From NCBI RefSeq assembly GCF_009914755.1, contig NC_060937.1: 64,000 nucleotides of DNA. The stretch is one strand, 5' to 3'. A program made the position numbers and the translations under genes. Under the pieces are notes generated by a model that did no database searches, was not told the origin of the DNA, and was given only the letters and a program-made list of their open reading frames with translations. Positions within the stretch are counted from its first letter, which is position 1. The number at the start of each line of letters is the position of its first letter. Positions 52,128 to 63,702 of the stretch are shown here, in pieces. The DNA is from the human T2T-CHM13v2.0 reference genome, Homo sapiens.

Positions 52128-52471
52128 TCTGATGTTCAATTTTATGCGTCAACTTGACTAGGCAATAGTACCCAATTATTCAATCAAGCACTAATGTAGG
52201 TGTTCTGTAAAGGCATTTTTTTAGATATGATTAACATCTACACCATTTGACTGTAAAGGACAGGAGATTATACTGGATGATCTGAATAGATGGACCAGTT
52301 TCAATCGTTTAAATTCCTCAGGATCAGTAGAGTTTTCTAAAGAAGAGGAGAAATTCCACCAGCCTAAAAGTTTCTAACCTGCCTGTATTGGTGGTCTTCT
52401 CTATGTGGTTCAGATTTGCCTGGCCATCCCCCACAATCATCAATCAGGTAAGCCAATTTCTTGCAGTAAAT

Positions 52472-52502
<31 letters not shown>
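52128..52502 (+). mobile_element. MLT2D/E-like LTR, truncated at its (CT)n tract
   Basis: aattttatgcgtcaacttgactagg...gagttttctaaagaagaggagaaattcc...agccaatttcttgcagtaaat then (CT)n. Confidence 0.8.
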
Positions 52503-52762
52503 TTCACAGTTTGAATCCAAAGACCTTCAGCTTGCAGAATTTGCTCTTCCTCCAGCGAGGCTCACCTTTTCATGTTAAGGCTTTCAACTAATTAGATGAG
52601 ACCTACCCACACTATGGAAGGTAATCTGTTTTCTTCAAAGTCTACTGATTTAAATGTTAATCTCATCTAACAAATACTTTTGCAGATGCATCTAGAATAA
52701 TGTTGGACTAAATATCTGGATCTTAATGGCCTAATCATATTGACAAATAAAATTAACTGTCA
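52503..52762 (-). mobile_element. MLT2 LTR 5' half (3' LTR of the adjacent ERV-L remnant)
   Basis: aggctttcaactaattagatgag...aaagtctactgatttaaatgttaatctcatcta...ttgacaaataaaattaac. Confidence 0.8.
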
Positions 52763-53035
52763 AAAGACTACTCCTTGTCAACTTGACACCCATATGCATC
52801 TCCTTTAATTATTCTAAATCTCAAAATAAAGACAATTACAAGGCCATATTTCTGCCTGAAATAGTACAATTATCCAATATATAACCAAAAACACATTAAC
52901 CATTTCCCCTGAAAAGGATGCAGTCTTTGGGAGATGTTCACTCTTCTCCTTAATATTTTGTTTATAGCTTAAATACTATTAAATAGTATGGTGTAAAATT
53001 GCTAAATACCACAATTTAAATACTCTGTATATATG

Positions 53036-53566
53036 TGTATTAAACAAGGTTCTTCAGATATAAATACATATTGATACGTGAGCAGGGATTTATTAGGGGA
53101 ATTGGCTCATACAATTATGGAGGCTGAAAATTCCCATGATAGTTTGCTAGCTGGAGAAACAGATAAAGCCATGCTTGAAGGCCTGAGAACCATGGCAGAT
53201 AATAGTGAAACTCTCCCTCCAAGGCTTGAGAACCTGGGGCTCAGGATGCTGTTGCAAGTTCTGGAGTCTGAAGGCTAGAGAACCTGAAGCTCTGGTGTCC
53301 AAGGGCAGGAGAAGGAGGGTGTTCCAACTCCAGAAAAGAGAGAAAGATAATTCACCTATCTTCTGCCTTTGGCTCTATCTTGACCATCAGCTCATTAGAT
53401 AGTGACCCCTCACATTGGATAAGAGTAGAGCTTTATTACTCAGTTCACTGATTCAAATGCTAATCTCTTTTGGAAACACTCTCACAGACAAACTCAAAAA
53501 TAATGCTTTATTAGCTATCTGGGTATCCCTGAATCCAGTCAAATAGACATAAAATTAACCATCACA
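53036..53566 (-). mobile_element. MLT2B solo LTR nested in ERV-L internal sequence
   Basis: gggaattggctcatacaattatggaggctg...ctgattcaaatgctaatctc...aaaattaaccatcaca; near TSD atatg/gtatg. Confidence 0.9.
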
Positions 53567-53734
53567 GTATGTTCAACACTGTGATATAAAGTTTACATCC
53601 TGAAACAAATTCAATGCATCTTTTGTTACATGATTAGGCAATAAAAGAGGAAAGAAAACAAAAGAATTTGCTACACACACAAAAATACACATATTCATAA
53701 TAAAATAAGGAAGACATACTCATGAGGATTATAG

Positions 53735-54295
53735 TCCTTGTTTCTGCAATTGGTCATCTGGTATTTACAGCTACCTCCTTCTGCTAACCATTTCGTATTC
53801 CCTTTGCCCTTGGCAATCAACTAAACTAGTCATGGTCCTTTACTTGATGGGGTGATCCAGTCTTTCATTCCTGGAAGTTCTATGCTGTTCATAGTTTTAC
53901 CTGAATTGGGCTTTTGTAATTTTCCATTAACTTCATTCATAGGGTATGGTAATGCTAAGAGATACACTAAGGGATCTCCAACATTCTAGACATTCTCTTT
54001 CTTGCCTCCCTAGTAGAGTAGTAGTCCAATTTCCACTGGGTAGTCAGAAAGCCCCAGGTAGCAAAAAACACCTTTTTTGCCTGTGATTCAGAGGCATAAA
54101 GTGTCAGAAGTTGCCAGGTAACAGGCTTAAGTTCCAGTTTAATGGCATTGTTGCTGTATCTCCTGTTGTAAACATTTATCCCTTTGGAACTAAGACTTCG
54201 GAGCCAGCAAAGCATAAGCTCATGGGTACAGCAAGCAAACATTTTGCTAGTAGTTTACTTGGGGTAACAGTGGTGTCACTCCCAATTTCATTACT
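53735..54295 (-). pseudogene. Decayed ERV-L dUTPase / pol C-terminal coding region
   Basis: Minus-strand manual translation gives LCFAGSEVLVPKG*MFTTGDTATMPLNWNLSLLPGNF, similar to recalled ERV-L SAGLEVLVPEGGMLPPGDTTMIPLNWKLRLPPGHF; contains stops and frameshifts. Confidence 0.8.
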
Positions 54296-54374
54296 TCACA
54301 GTACAGACTGTGTGTAGAATACATTTCTCTGCATTATTTTTTCTTATCCATTTAAACATATGAAAATATAATAA

Positions 54375-55250
54375 ATTGGTGGATTCTTAGTTAAAACTAC
54401 AGGGTTCACTCTGACTGGTTTAATAAAAAGCATTTATTTAATCCTACTAGATTTGATGTAGAATTATTGGGCACACCAAAGGCAAATACCTAACATACCA
54501 CTGCCAGCATCAAGGTGACTTCCTCATGAGATATCAATATTGCACCCATTAGTAAATTGCTTCTATTTCCTTAACCACTGAAACAGAGACACTTCCATCA
54601 CCACTGGAAACAGTAAAATGCACCTATATGCTGAATCCTTATCTTAGTATTTTCATTTCTAGACCAAATCTGGGGGTTGTGTTAAGTCTGGAACTGTATC
54701 TGCCTGTCTTAGTTCTGACCTCTAAGTTAGAATTGTGCATAAATTTCCCCAAGTGTAGCAGTATGTTTCAGTTTATTTCAGAAAGTCATAAATGTGACAG
54801 ATTTCTACTTAGGCCCAGCCCATACCATGGGTGCCCAACATCAATATACACCACAGTTTTGTATTTACACATTCAATTCATCAATGTTAGATTCTAGCAT
54901 CAAATAACAGCCTTTTAGAGGAAAAAAAAGCTATTCTCAGCTTATACTCAGAAGGAGAAAATTCAAAATATCTTCTGTTATTGAACCCATTTATAAGTCC
55001 ATGTTTGCTTGATGTCTATTTTTTCATGAGGTTTGTCATAACCCTAATTTGACATTCTCTCACATTCACTTGTAATATTAACAACCAACAACACACTAAG
55101 ATAAAATAGTAGGAAGAACTATATTGAAAAATTAGGGTAAATGTTAAAATATTTATGTAACCGATCATGAGACTCTAGTTGTTACTTTTCTCAGCTACAC
55201 TGCATCATCCATTCCATGCTTTCTTGACCTTCTCTCAGATCTTATCTGAT
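54375..55250 (-). mobile_element. Very old MLT1-type LTR plus possible MLT internal remnant
   Basis: ttcttagttaaaactacag...actctgactggttta resembles late MLT1 termini; weak. Confidence 0.3.
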
Positions 55251-56368
55251 TTTTTTATTTCCTCTCTATTCCAATTAATTATCTAAATGGCCATGATCCT
55301 GGAAAAGTATTGTTCTAACAAGAATTTGGCCATTTAAATTAATTCAATTTTAAAATAGTATTAGAAAAATAATATAAGTATTTTCATATGGCTGTTATAC
55401 ATAATTTAAACCAATATTTTATATATAACAAGATTTCATTTTGTGGAATTTATTATTAAAAAGCCATATGAACAGGTTGATAGCCATAGAGTTTACTAAA
55501 TCATAGGGCAAACATTCTAATGTAGAATATTCCCATGTTTTTATTAATTCATTTATTTTTTAGACAGGCAATTTTACTTTTATTATTGAAACAGAATTCA
55601 GATAGCATTTGAAAGTTTTTATTGCCTGAGGTAACTTAAAGGTAAAGGGATTATAATAGTGATAACACTGTGTTGAGAACAAATTATTAAATTCTACATG
55701 GCAGAGTGTAAAGAAATATTAGTAAGCTATCCAGAGTACAGGACTATTTCAGGCAACACAAATATCTTCTCCTAGAGTGATATGAATTTTGTGCAGTAGA
55801 AATTATCTTATCCCTTCATTCTTTCTATTAAGAATAGCTTCATTTAGTTTCCTACATTCTCAGTTGTATATGATGTAGTGTACCAAACAGCCCTACAACT
55901 AAGCAAGGTCTTGGTGATAATCACTGATCAGCATGCTGAAGTATGGAAAAATATGCAGGACAGAGGAACTGAACTAAGAAAGTTGTCAAGAAGCTGTCTA
56001 CATTGTCTACATTGTGAATGTTTGATGGGCGAGAGTGACTTTCTTTTTTTTTTTTTTCTTTCCTGACAGTAGTCATGGACACTAGTGTAGGTCGTTGGAT
56101 TTTCAATGGTCTTGCCTGAAGCTTCAGTCATGTCTCTAGACACTGAGAAGGAAGCACACTGAATAAGGAGATCCCAATGCCAAAGGCAATGAAAATGACC
56201 ACACATGTCAGTAAGAAGCCAAGCCCTGGACACACCTCCTACACAAGCACCTGTGCATAGAGAACTTCCTCAGGCCCTCCAGAAATTAGGAGTTCATCCT
56301 CATGAGAGGGCCAGACTTTGTAAGCCTGTCATACAGAGAAAAATAATTCTTGACAAATGTTATACATA

Positions 56369-56697
56369 TGTCTCATTTCATTTATGTTGATATAACAAAA
56401 TATCTGGGACTGGGTAATTTATAAAGGAAAGAAATTTATTTCTCCTAGTTCTGGAGGTTTAGAAGGTCAAGGCACCAGATGTTTCAACTGCCTTCTACAG
56501 ACAGGAACAAAGCTGTGTGTGAGAAAGGCGGAAGAGCAGGAGAACAAAAGTTACATGAAGCCTTTTCTTTTGCAACTGTAATCCCATTTAAGAGGAAGGA
56601 GCCCTCCTGATCTGATCACCTCTTAGAGGCCACACCTCCTAAATCTATCACTTTGGCAATACCTGAATTTCGGAGCAGACACACTCAAACCATAGCA
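56369..56697 (-). mobile_element. MSTC/MSTD-like LTR
   Basis: gactgggtaatttataaaggaaagaaatttattt...caaaccatagca; near TSD acata/acgta. Confidence 0.85.
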
Positions 56698-57141
56698 ACG
56701 TAGAATCAGCAAATCAACAGATGACCGCGTATTCTTACGTTAAGAAAACAAACAAACCAAAACTTTTTTCTTTTCAGAGCAACAGGGGAACAGAAGCCAA
56801 AGACGGTGATGACAACGCATACTATGTTTCTTTTATTTCATCCATAGCTTTTCGGACCAGAATTCTGCTCTTCCCATAAAGGAAGAGTGAAAAAAGTTAA
56901 GGTTATGGGTTTACATTTTACATAGATAATATTAACCCTTATTACCATAAACTAAAATCTCTTACTAATCAAAATTATATAAACAATTATTGGAATCAGA
57001 CTAAGACAGCAATAAAAAAGACTCATTTTTTAATCAGAAAAAGAGTGATTTAGTGGAGCATAATTCATATCTGTTACTGCACATATAAGACCAAATCATA
57101 TTCATATCAAGTTGATTTTTTGGAACAAATTTATTTTTTGA

Positions 57142-57561
<420 letters not shown>

Positions 57562-58354
57562 TAAGGATATATAATAATAGAAATTCTAATTGATTTAATA
57601 TATTAAATTTTAATACATACATAATTTTACTGTCTAGAAATCTGAATTTAGTATTTTATATTAATTATGAATTTACTATGTTAAAATGTCTGTGAAAATA
57701 CAGTCACAAATATTGTTGATTATTCTACTACTATTTCATTGTTACTTGGATGACAATAGTCATGGCATCATTCTGTAATGTAGGACGTGTTTAATCTTCA
57801 TTAGCACCACATGCAAATTTGCCATGGAAACGCCTGATCAGACAAGAGTACAAGACTCTAAAAGTTTTAAATCCCCATAGATTTTAACAGTTTTCTCCTC
57901 TCCTGCAAGGTCATACTTATTCTGAAAATTAAGAAATATATTACCTAAGGAATTGATAGACATCATATAGTCTAGTCACTTTCATACTAAAAGGTTTAAT
58001 TTCTTATGAAATTAGAAACTCTCACAAAGACTAAAACCAACAGAAGAGATATATTCAAGCTAAGTTAATAAAAATGCCCTACAGCTGTAATCTGTAAGAT
58101 GGGGTCTGATGGGAATGAAATATGTCACTTTACACTGTATTGCAGTACTCATATCCTTTGAATTTTTAAAGTTAAAACAAAACCTAGCCTAAAACTTCAC
58201 ATTTGAATGTCAGTAGGAGACATTTTAAATCTTTTATAAACAATACATAATTTCTTATTTCTGTATAGAGTCAAAGCTTTTAAATACAATAACTTTCAGC
58301 TAATTTATTATTAAGCTGTTGTTTTCATCAGAGTTACCAAGAAACATAAACCAC

Positions 58355-58989
58355 TGATATGGCTCTGATGAGTGTAGGACACCAGGGTTCTTAGTCCTCA
58401 TGCAGGTTTAAATAAAATGACACAGGCACATGTGGAATGGTTTTAAGGAGCAGAGAGTTTAACAGGCAAGAAGGGGCAAGATGGAAGGGAGAAGGAAGAA
58501 GCTCCCCTGTACAGAGACAGAGGGAGGGGCGCTCCAAAGCCGAGAGAGGGAACCCCAAGTAGGGTGGAAACCAGCCAGGTGTATATATAGAGGCTGGAGG
58601 AACCAGTGTCTGATTTGCATAGGGCTCAGGGGATTGGTTTGACCAGGCATGTCATTCATATAGCCCTCGAAAAAGCTGGCCTTCTCACCCTAGCCTTTTA
58701 ATAGGCAAATGTAGGGCACCATGATGTTCTACACACGTGGGGATATGTGAGGGCCATCATGTTACCAGGCCCATGTTGGGGAAGGGCAAGAAGGCTGCGG
58801 GGATCCCCATGTTGGGTGGACCCAGTTTCTAATGGTCTGCATTTGCATATCAAAGATTGCCTGCCTGACTCTTAAGAGCAGAGGCTTTACAAGAAACTTT
58901 TCCAGAGATGGTTTAAAAAACGAAAACTTCTCAAGGACCCCTTTTCCTCTCTATCTGCCTAAAATAATTTCTTAATAACTCCTACATCA
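58355..58989 (-). mobile_element. LTR9 solo LTR (ERV1, HUERS-P3 type)
   Basis: Ends ccccttttcctctctatctgcctaaaataatttcttaataactcctac (reverse complement of the LTR9 start); TG...CA; perfect TSD ccac. Confidence 0.9.
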
Positions 58990-59505
58990 CCACTACATTT
59001 AACATTAAATTGCCATTACTACTTAAAACTAATGTATTTCTATCATGAACTTTTCCAGTAATGATGTTGTAGGGAGCCTTGAAAATGCAAACACATAATT
59101 TAGAAGGAATTTTTTAAAAAATGTTGTTCTATTATCCAATCTACAAGTATATTCTGATTGTTCATTAAATATAGACAGGACTCCGACTGATGTGGTCATG
59201 TCACTAGTTGGGGAAAAATTGTATTTGGGAAAAAACACCTATAGTTGTACATATCCAATGAGATAACTTTCAAATCACTGAAATAATTACTTCTAAAGAG
59301 TCTGTTTGATTTTAAGGAGTTTCCATCATTTTATTTAGATAGTTAATGTTGCATATAGAAGTTTACAAAATGTCTAAAAATTTATTTACATAGTCATTCA
59401 AATTTTAGATGTGTTATTGGCAATAATTACCCACAGTAAATTTCTTGGAAAGCTGCTTTACATAAATAACAAGGTCATCCTTGGTTTATTGTTCTACTTT
59501 CACTG

Positions 59506-59870
59506 CCGCCTAGTTATTTTGGTCTGCTGCAACAATATTTTATAAACTAAAATACTTATAAACAACAGAAATTTGTTTCTCACAGTTCTAGAGGCTAGGA
59601 AGTCCAAGATCAGTGTGCCAGCAGATTCAATGTCAAATGAGGAGCAGCTCTCTGATTCATAGAGGGTGCTTTCTAGTTGTGTCCTTACATGTTGAAAGGG
59701 ACAACTGAGCTCCTTTGGTTCTCTTTTATACGGACACTAATTGCATTCCTGAGGGACTTGCCCTCATGATCTAATCCCTCCCCAAAATCCATCTCCTAAT
59801 AACGTCACATTGGTGATTAAGTTTCAACAAATTTTGTGGGAAAATAAACATTCATATTCAGTCCATTGCA
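59506..59870 (-). mobile_element. MLT1A LTR
   Basis: ttataaacaacagaaatttgtttctcacagttctagaggctaggaagtccaagatc; TSD cactg on both sides. Confidence 0.9.
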
Positions 59871-59902
59871 CACTGTCTTAATATTACTTGTTTTGGGGGA
59901 TA

Positions 59903-60051
59903 TTTTTTTCTTTGAAATAGGATCTCACTCTGTCACCTGGGCTGGAGTGCAGTGGTACAATCACGGCTCACTGCAGCCTCAATCTCTTGGGCCATCTTCC
60001 CACCTCAGACTCCTAAACTGCTGAAATTACAGGCATGAGTCACCATCCAGC
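59903..60051 (-). mobile_element. Monomeric old Alu (FAM/FRAM-like)
   Basis: Single arm: atctcactctgtcacc...acggctcactgcagcctca...ttacaggcatgag. Confidence 0.8.
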
Positions 60052-60136
60052 ATAACTTGTTCTGTTATTTGTTTGTTTGTTGGTTGCTTTTTGGGTTTTT
60101 TTTTTTTTTTTTTTACAGGAATATAAATGTTTATCA

Positions 60137-60815
60137 TTTATTTTAAACTTTTAAGTTCAAGGACACATGCAGGATTATTACATAGGTAAACATGTGTCAT
60201 GGAGGTTTGTTGTACAGATTATCTCATCCAGGTATTAAGCCTAGTACCCATTAGTTATTTTTCCTGACCCTGTCCCTCCTCCAAACCTCTACCCTCTGAT
60301 AGGCTACAGTGTGTGTTGTTCCCCTCTGTGTGTCCATGTGTTCTCATCATTTAACTTCCACTTACAAGTGAGAACATGTGGTATTCAGTTTTCTGTTCCT
60401 GTGTTAGTTTTCTAAGGATAATGGCCTCCAGCTCCATCCATGTCCCTGCAAAGGACATGATCTTGTTCTTTTTTATGGCTGCATAGTATTCCATGGTGTA
60501 TACGTACCATATTTTCTTTATCCAGCCTATCATTGATGGGTATTTAGGTTGATTCCATGCCTTTGTCATTGGGAATAGTGCTGCAGTGAACGTATGTGTG
60601 CATGTGTCTTCATGAAAGAATGATTTATATTCCTGTAGGTATATACCCAGTAATGGGATTGCTGGGTTGAATGGTATTTCCCTCTTTAGGTCTTTGAGGA
60701 ATCGTTACATTGTCTTCCAAAGTGATTGAACTAATTTACACTCCCACCAACAGTGTAAAAGCATTCCTTTTTCTCCACAACCTGGCCAGCATCTGCTGTT
60801 TTTTGACTTTTTTTA
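60137..60815 (-). mobile_element. 5'-truncated L1PA13-like
   Basis: ORF 60351-60569 is the ORF2 C-terminus; 3' UTR ccaggtattaagcctagtacccattagttatttttcctga. Confidence 0.92.
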
Positions 60816-60939
60816 GCCAAAGGTCATGTGTTTTTTTTTATTTTTTGCTGGAATCTAAGAATTATATAGCCAGTGATGGGTGTGACTATTTTAGACACTG
60901 TGACTCAGGGAAAGCACAAAGTGGTATCTTCCTCAGCAC

Positions 60940-61310
60940 GTACAGGAAGGACACTGTGGAGGAAATAACAAGTGAAATACCCAGTAAAAATTAGAGGAAG
61001 AATAGGAAGGTTAGTATTTATGAAGGAGAGAGAGCAAAGTGGTAGCATATTAGAAGCAGGGAGTAGGGACAGATCATGTAAGGCTTTGTAGTTCAATACA
61101 AAGCCTTGCTATTACACTCTAAGTAAGATAGAAGTCTTTGGAAGCTTTTGAGGAGAGTAATATGATGTGACATTTTTATAAGTATTTGTTTAGATGTATA
61201 TCGAGATTATTTCACTAATCAATAAAAAGTTGATATTTAAAGTATAATGGGATAAAGATGAAAACAGGAAGAGAAGCAACTGCAGCAGTCTAAGGAAGAT
61301 AAAATGGTAG
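60940..61310 (-). mobile_element. L2 fragment
   Basis: cagatcatgtaaggctttgtag...actctaagtaagat...ggaagcttttgagga. Confidence 0.65.
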
Positions 61311-62643
61311 AATAGATAACAAGTTGAAACTCAGTTTCTGCAATCATGCTATTAGTAAGTGTAGAACTGTGCAGGACACATCTGGTGGGAGAATGTTTGT
61401 GAATGTTTTTGTTGTATTTGAGGTAGAGTGGAGTGATAGATAACAGTAGGTATAACCCATGAAAGATCTCACAAACTGTCCTTAGGATGCTGGATAAGAG
61501 AGTTCCCTTTCTACACCACCACCAGTTGAGAATCCACATGCTATTTTTTGCCACCCTTGTCTAATATTACCCACGAAAAAGTATTGCTTTAAGCTTCAGT
61601 GTATAGGCACCCACATAAATATTTCTTATCGGTATCCACAGGGAAGTAAAAGAAAAATTGATTTAGGAAGCTTGACTTGGACTTATGTATACAGAATCCT
61701 TCAGGGCTAGACTGCAGGAACTTGTATATTTATGTAGAGCATTTCCAGTGTTGCTTTTCTTCATGGAATTACTTCAAAGACTTTTTGAACTTCAACAAAT
61801 TACATAAGTGAGGGCCTACTTTTGGATGCTATAGTCTGTTCCACTGGCATGTCATGTAAGCAGTAATAACCTCTTATTTATCACCTAATCACAATAGCTT
61901 AGTGTGCTGCTAAATTAAACTCACTAGAAAAAAAATCAGTTGATCCTATAAGAAGTTAGTCCCAATTTCTATTGAGATAAGTGATCAAAGAGACTAGGTT
62001 CCTGTTCATAAAGATGCACTTTGGAGAGATAATTTAGTGACTGGGGAAAACAAAAGAGTAGGACCTTTCATAAAAGGAGGGAAAACAAAGAACAATGAAA
62101 ATAACTGAAAAACAACAACAACAACTGAACACCTGTCTCATGTTCTAGCTGTCATGCTTGTTCACAGGATGAACTTATACTTTACTAGTTAACATTGATC
62201 AATACAAGATTTTTTTCTAGTTACCTAGCAAGAGCCAAGCAGTAGCTCTGAAGGAGTGAATACTACCATATCTATGGCTTGTTACCAAGGAAGCAAACAT
62301 TTGAATATTCTACTTTGAAAATCCTGTGTCTTACATGAGGACTCACTTGGCTGTTTATGTCTGTCCACTGAAGCCCTGGATGTACCATTCCCATTTTTAA
62401 AAAAGCATAAATTCTAAGAATTCTAATTTGGGGTTGCAAATATGATTGCATAACAAAGGATGCTGAAAATTTCTTTTTTTAACCAGAAAATTAGTTATCA
62501 CAAGAGGTCACTTAGCAATAGAAAATCACATTAAGTATGTTTAAGTTATGATGTATTTAATCCAACCAACAAAAAAGGGCAATGTTGCAACCCTAAGAAC
62601 ACTGAAACTGAAACATTTAGACTTAAGATTTGATGCTGGACTC

Positions 62644-63095
62644 TGTCAGGCCTCTGAACCCAAGCCAAGCCATCGCATCCCCTGTGACTTGCACGTATAC
62701 GCCCAGATGGCCTGAAGTAACTGAAAAATCACAAAAGAAGTGAATACGCCCTTTCCCACCTTAACTGATGACATTCCACCACAAAAGAAGTGTAAATGGC
62801 TGGTCCTTGCCTTAAATGATGACATTACCTTGTGAAAGTCCTTTTCCTGGCTCATCCTGGCTCAAAAACACCCCCACTGAGCACCTTGCGACCCCTACTC
62901 CTGCCCGCCAGAGAACAAACCCCCTTTGACTGTAATTTTCCTTTACCTACCCAAATCCTATAAAACGGCCCCACCCTTATCTCCCTTCACTGATTCTCTT
63001 TTGGGACTCAGCCCGCCTGCACCCAGGTGAAATAAACAGCCATGTTGCTCACAGAAAGCCTGTTTGGTGGTCTCTTCACACGGACGTGCATGAAA
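62644..63095 (+). mobile_element. LTR7, 5' LTR of a HERV-H provirus (LTR7up-like)
   Basis: tgtcaggcctctgaacccaagccaagccatcgcatcccctgtgac...tctcttcacacggacgtgcatgaaa; followed by a PBS. Confidence 0.97.
62731..63036 (+). promoter_or_regulatory. LTR7 promoter elements: two ACAAAAGA SOX-type motifs, TATA box, poly(A) signal
   Basis: acaaaagaag at 62731 and 62781; tataaaa at 62959-62965; aataaa at 63031-63036. Confidence 0.8.
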
Positions 63096-63097
63096 TT

Positions 63098-63115
63098 TTG
63101 CGCTGTGACTCGAAT
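63098..63115 (+). other. tRNA-His primer binding site, degenerate
   Basis: ttgcgctgtgactcgaat versus canonical tggtgccgtgactcggat (4 mismatches), right after the LTR. Confidence 0.8.
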
Positions 63116-63702
63116 CGGGGGACCTCCCTTGGGAGATCAATCCCCTGTACTCCTGTTCTTTGCTCCGTGAGAAAGATCCACCTATGACCTCAGGTCCTCA
63201 GACCGACCAGCCCAAGGAACATCTCACCAATTTTAAATCAGGTAAGCAGCCTCTTCTTACTCTCTTCTCCAACCTCTCTCACTGTCCCTCAACAACTTTC
63301 TCCTTTCCACTCTTCAATCTCTCCCTTCTCTTAATTTCAATTCCTTTCATTTTCTGGGAGAGACAAAGGAGACATGTTTTATCCGTGGACCCAAAACTCC
63401 GGCGCCTGTCACGGACTGGGAAGGCAGCCTTCCCTTGGTGTTTAATCATTGCAGGGACGCCTCTCTGCAATGGGTGCAATTATACACCCACGTTTCAAGG
63501 GTGTCAGACCACACAGGGACGCCTGCCTTGGTCCTTCACCCTTAGCGGCAAGTCCCGCTTTTCTGGGGAAGGGGCAAGTACCCCAACCCCTTCTCTCCTT
63601 GTCTCTACCCCTTCTCTGCTTTTCTGGGAGAGGGGCAAGTACCCCTCAACCCCTTCTCCTTCACCCTTAGCGGCAAGTTCCACTTTTCTACGGGGCAAGA
63701 AC

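Larger units (their letters stand above)
52763..54300 (-). mobile_element. ERV-L internal 3' region, interrupted by an MLT2B
   Basis: ccttgtcaacttgacacccata...aaataaagacaa next to the LTR; decayed dUTPase region further in. Confidence 0.85.

Noticed and set aside
56764-57016. Acceptor ttttttcttttcag and downstream aataaa as a terminal exon
   Set aside because: No supporting donor or ORF; both motifs are common in AT-rich sequence
63534-63700. Direct repeat ccttcacccttagcggcaagt...ggggcaag
   Set aside because: As I recall, part of the normal HERV-H leader consensus
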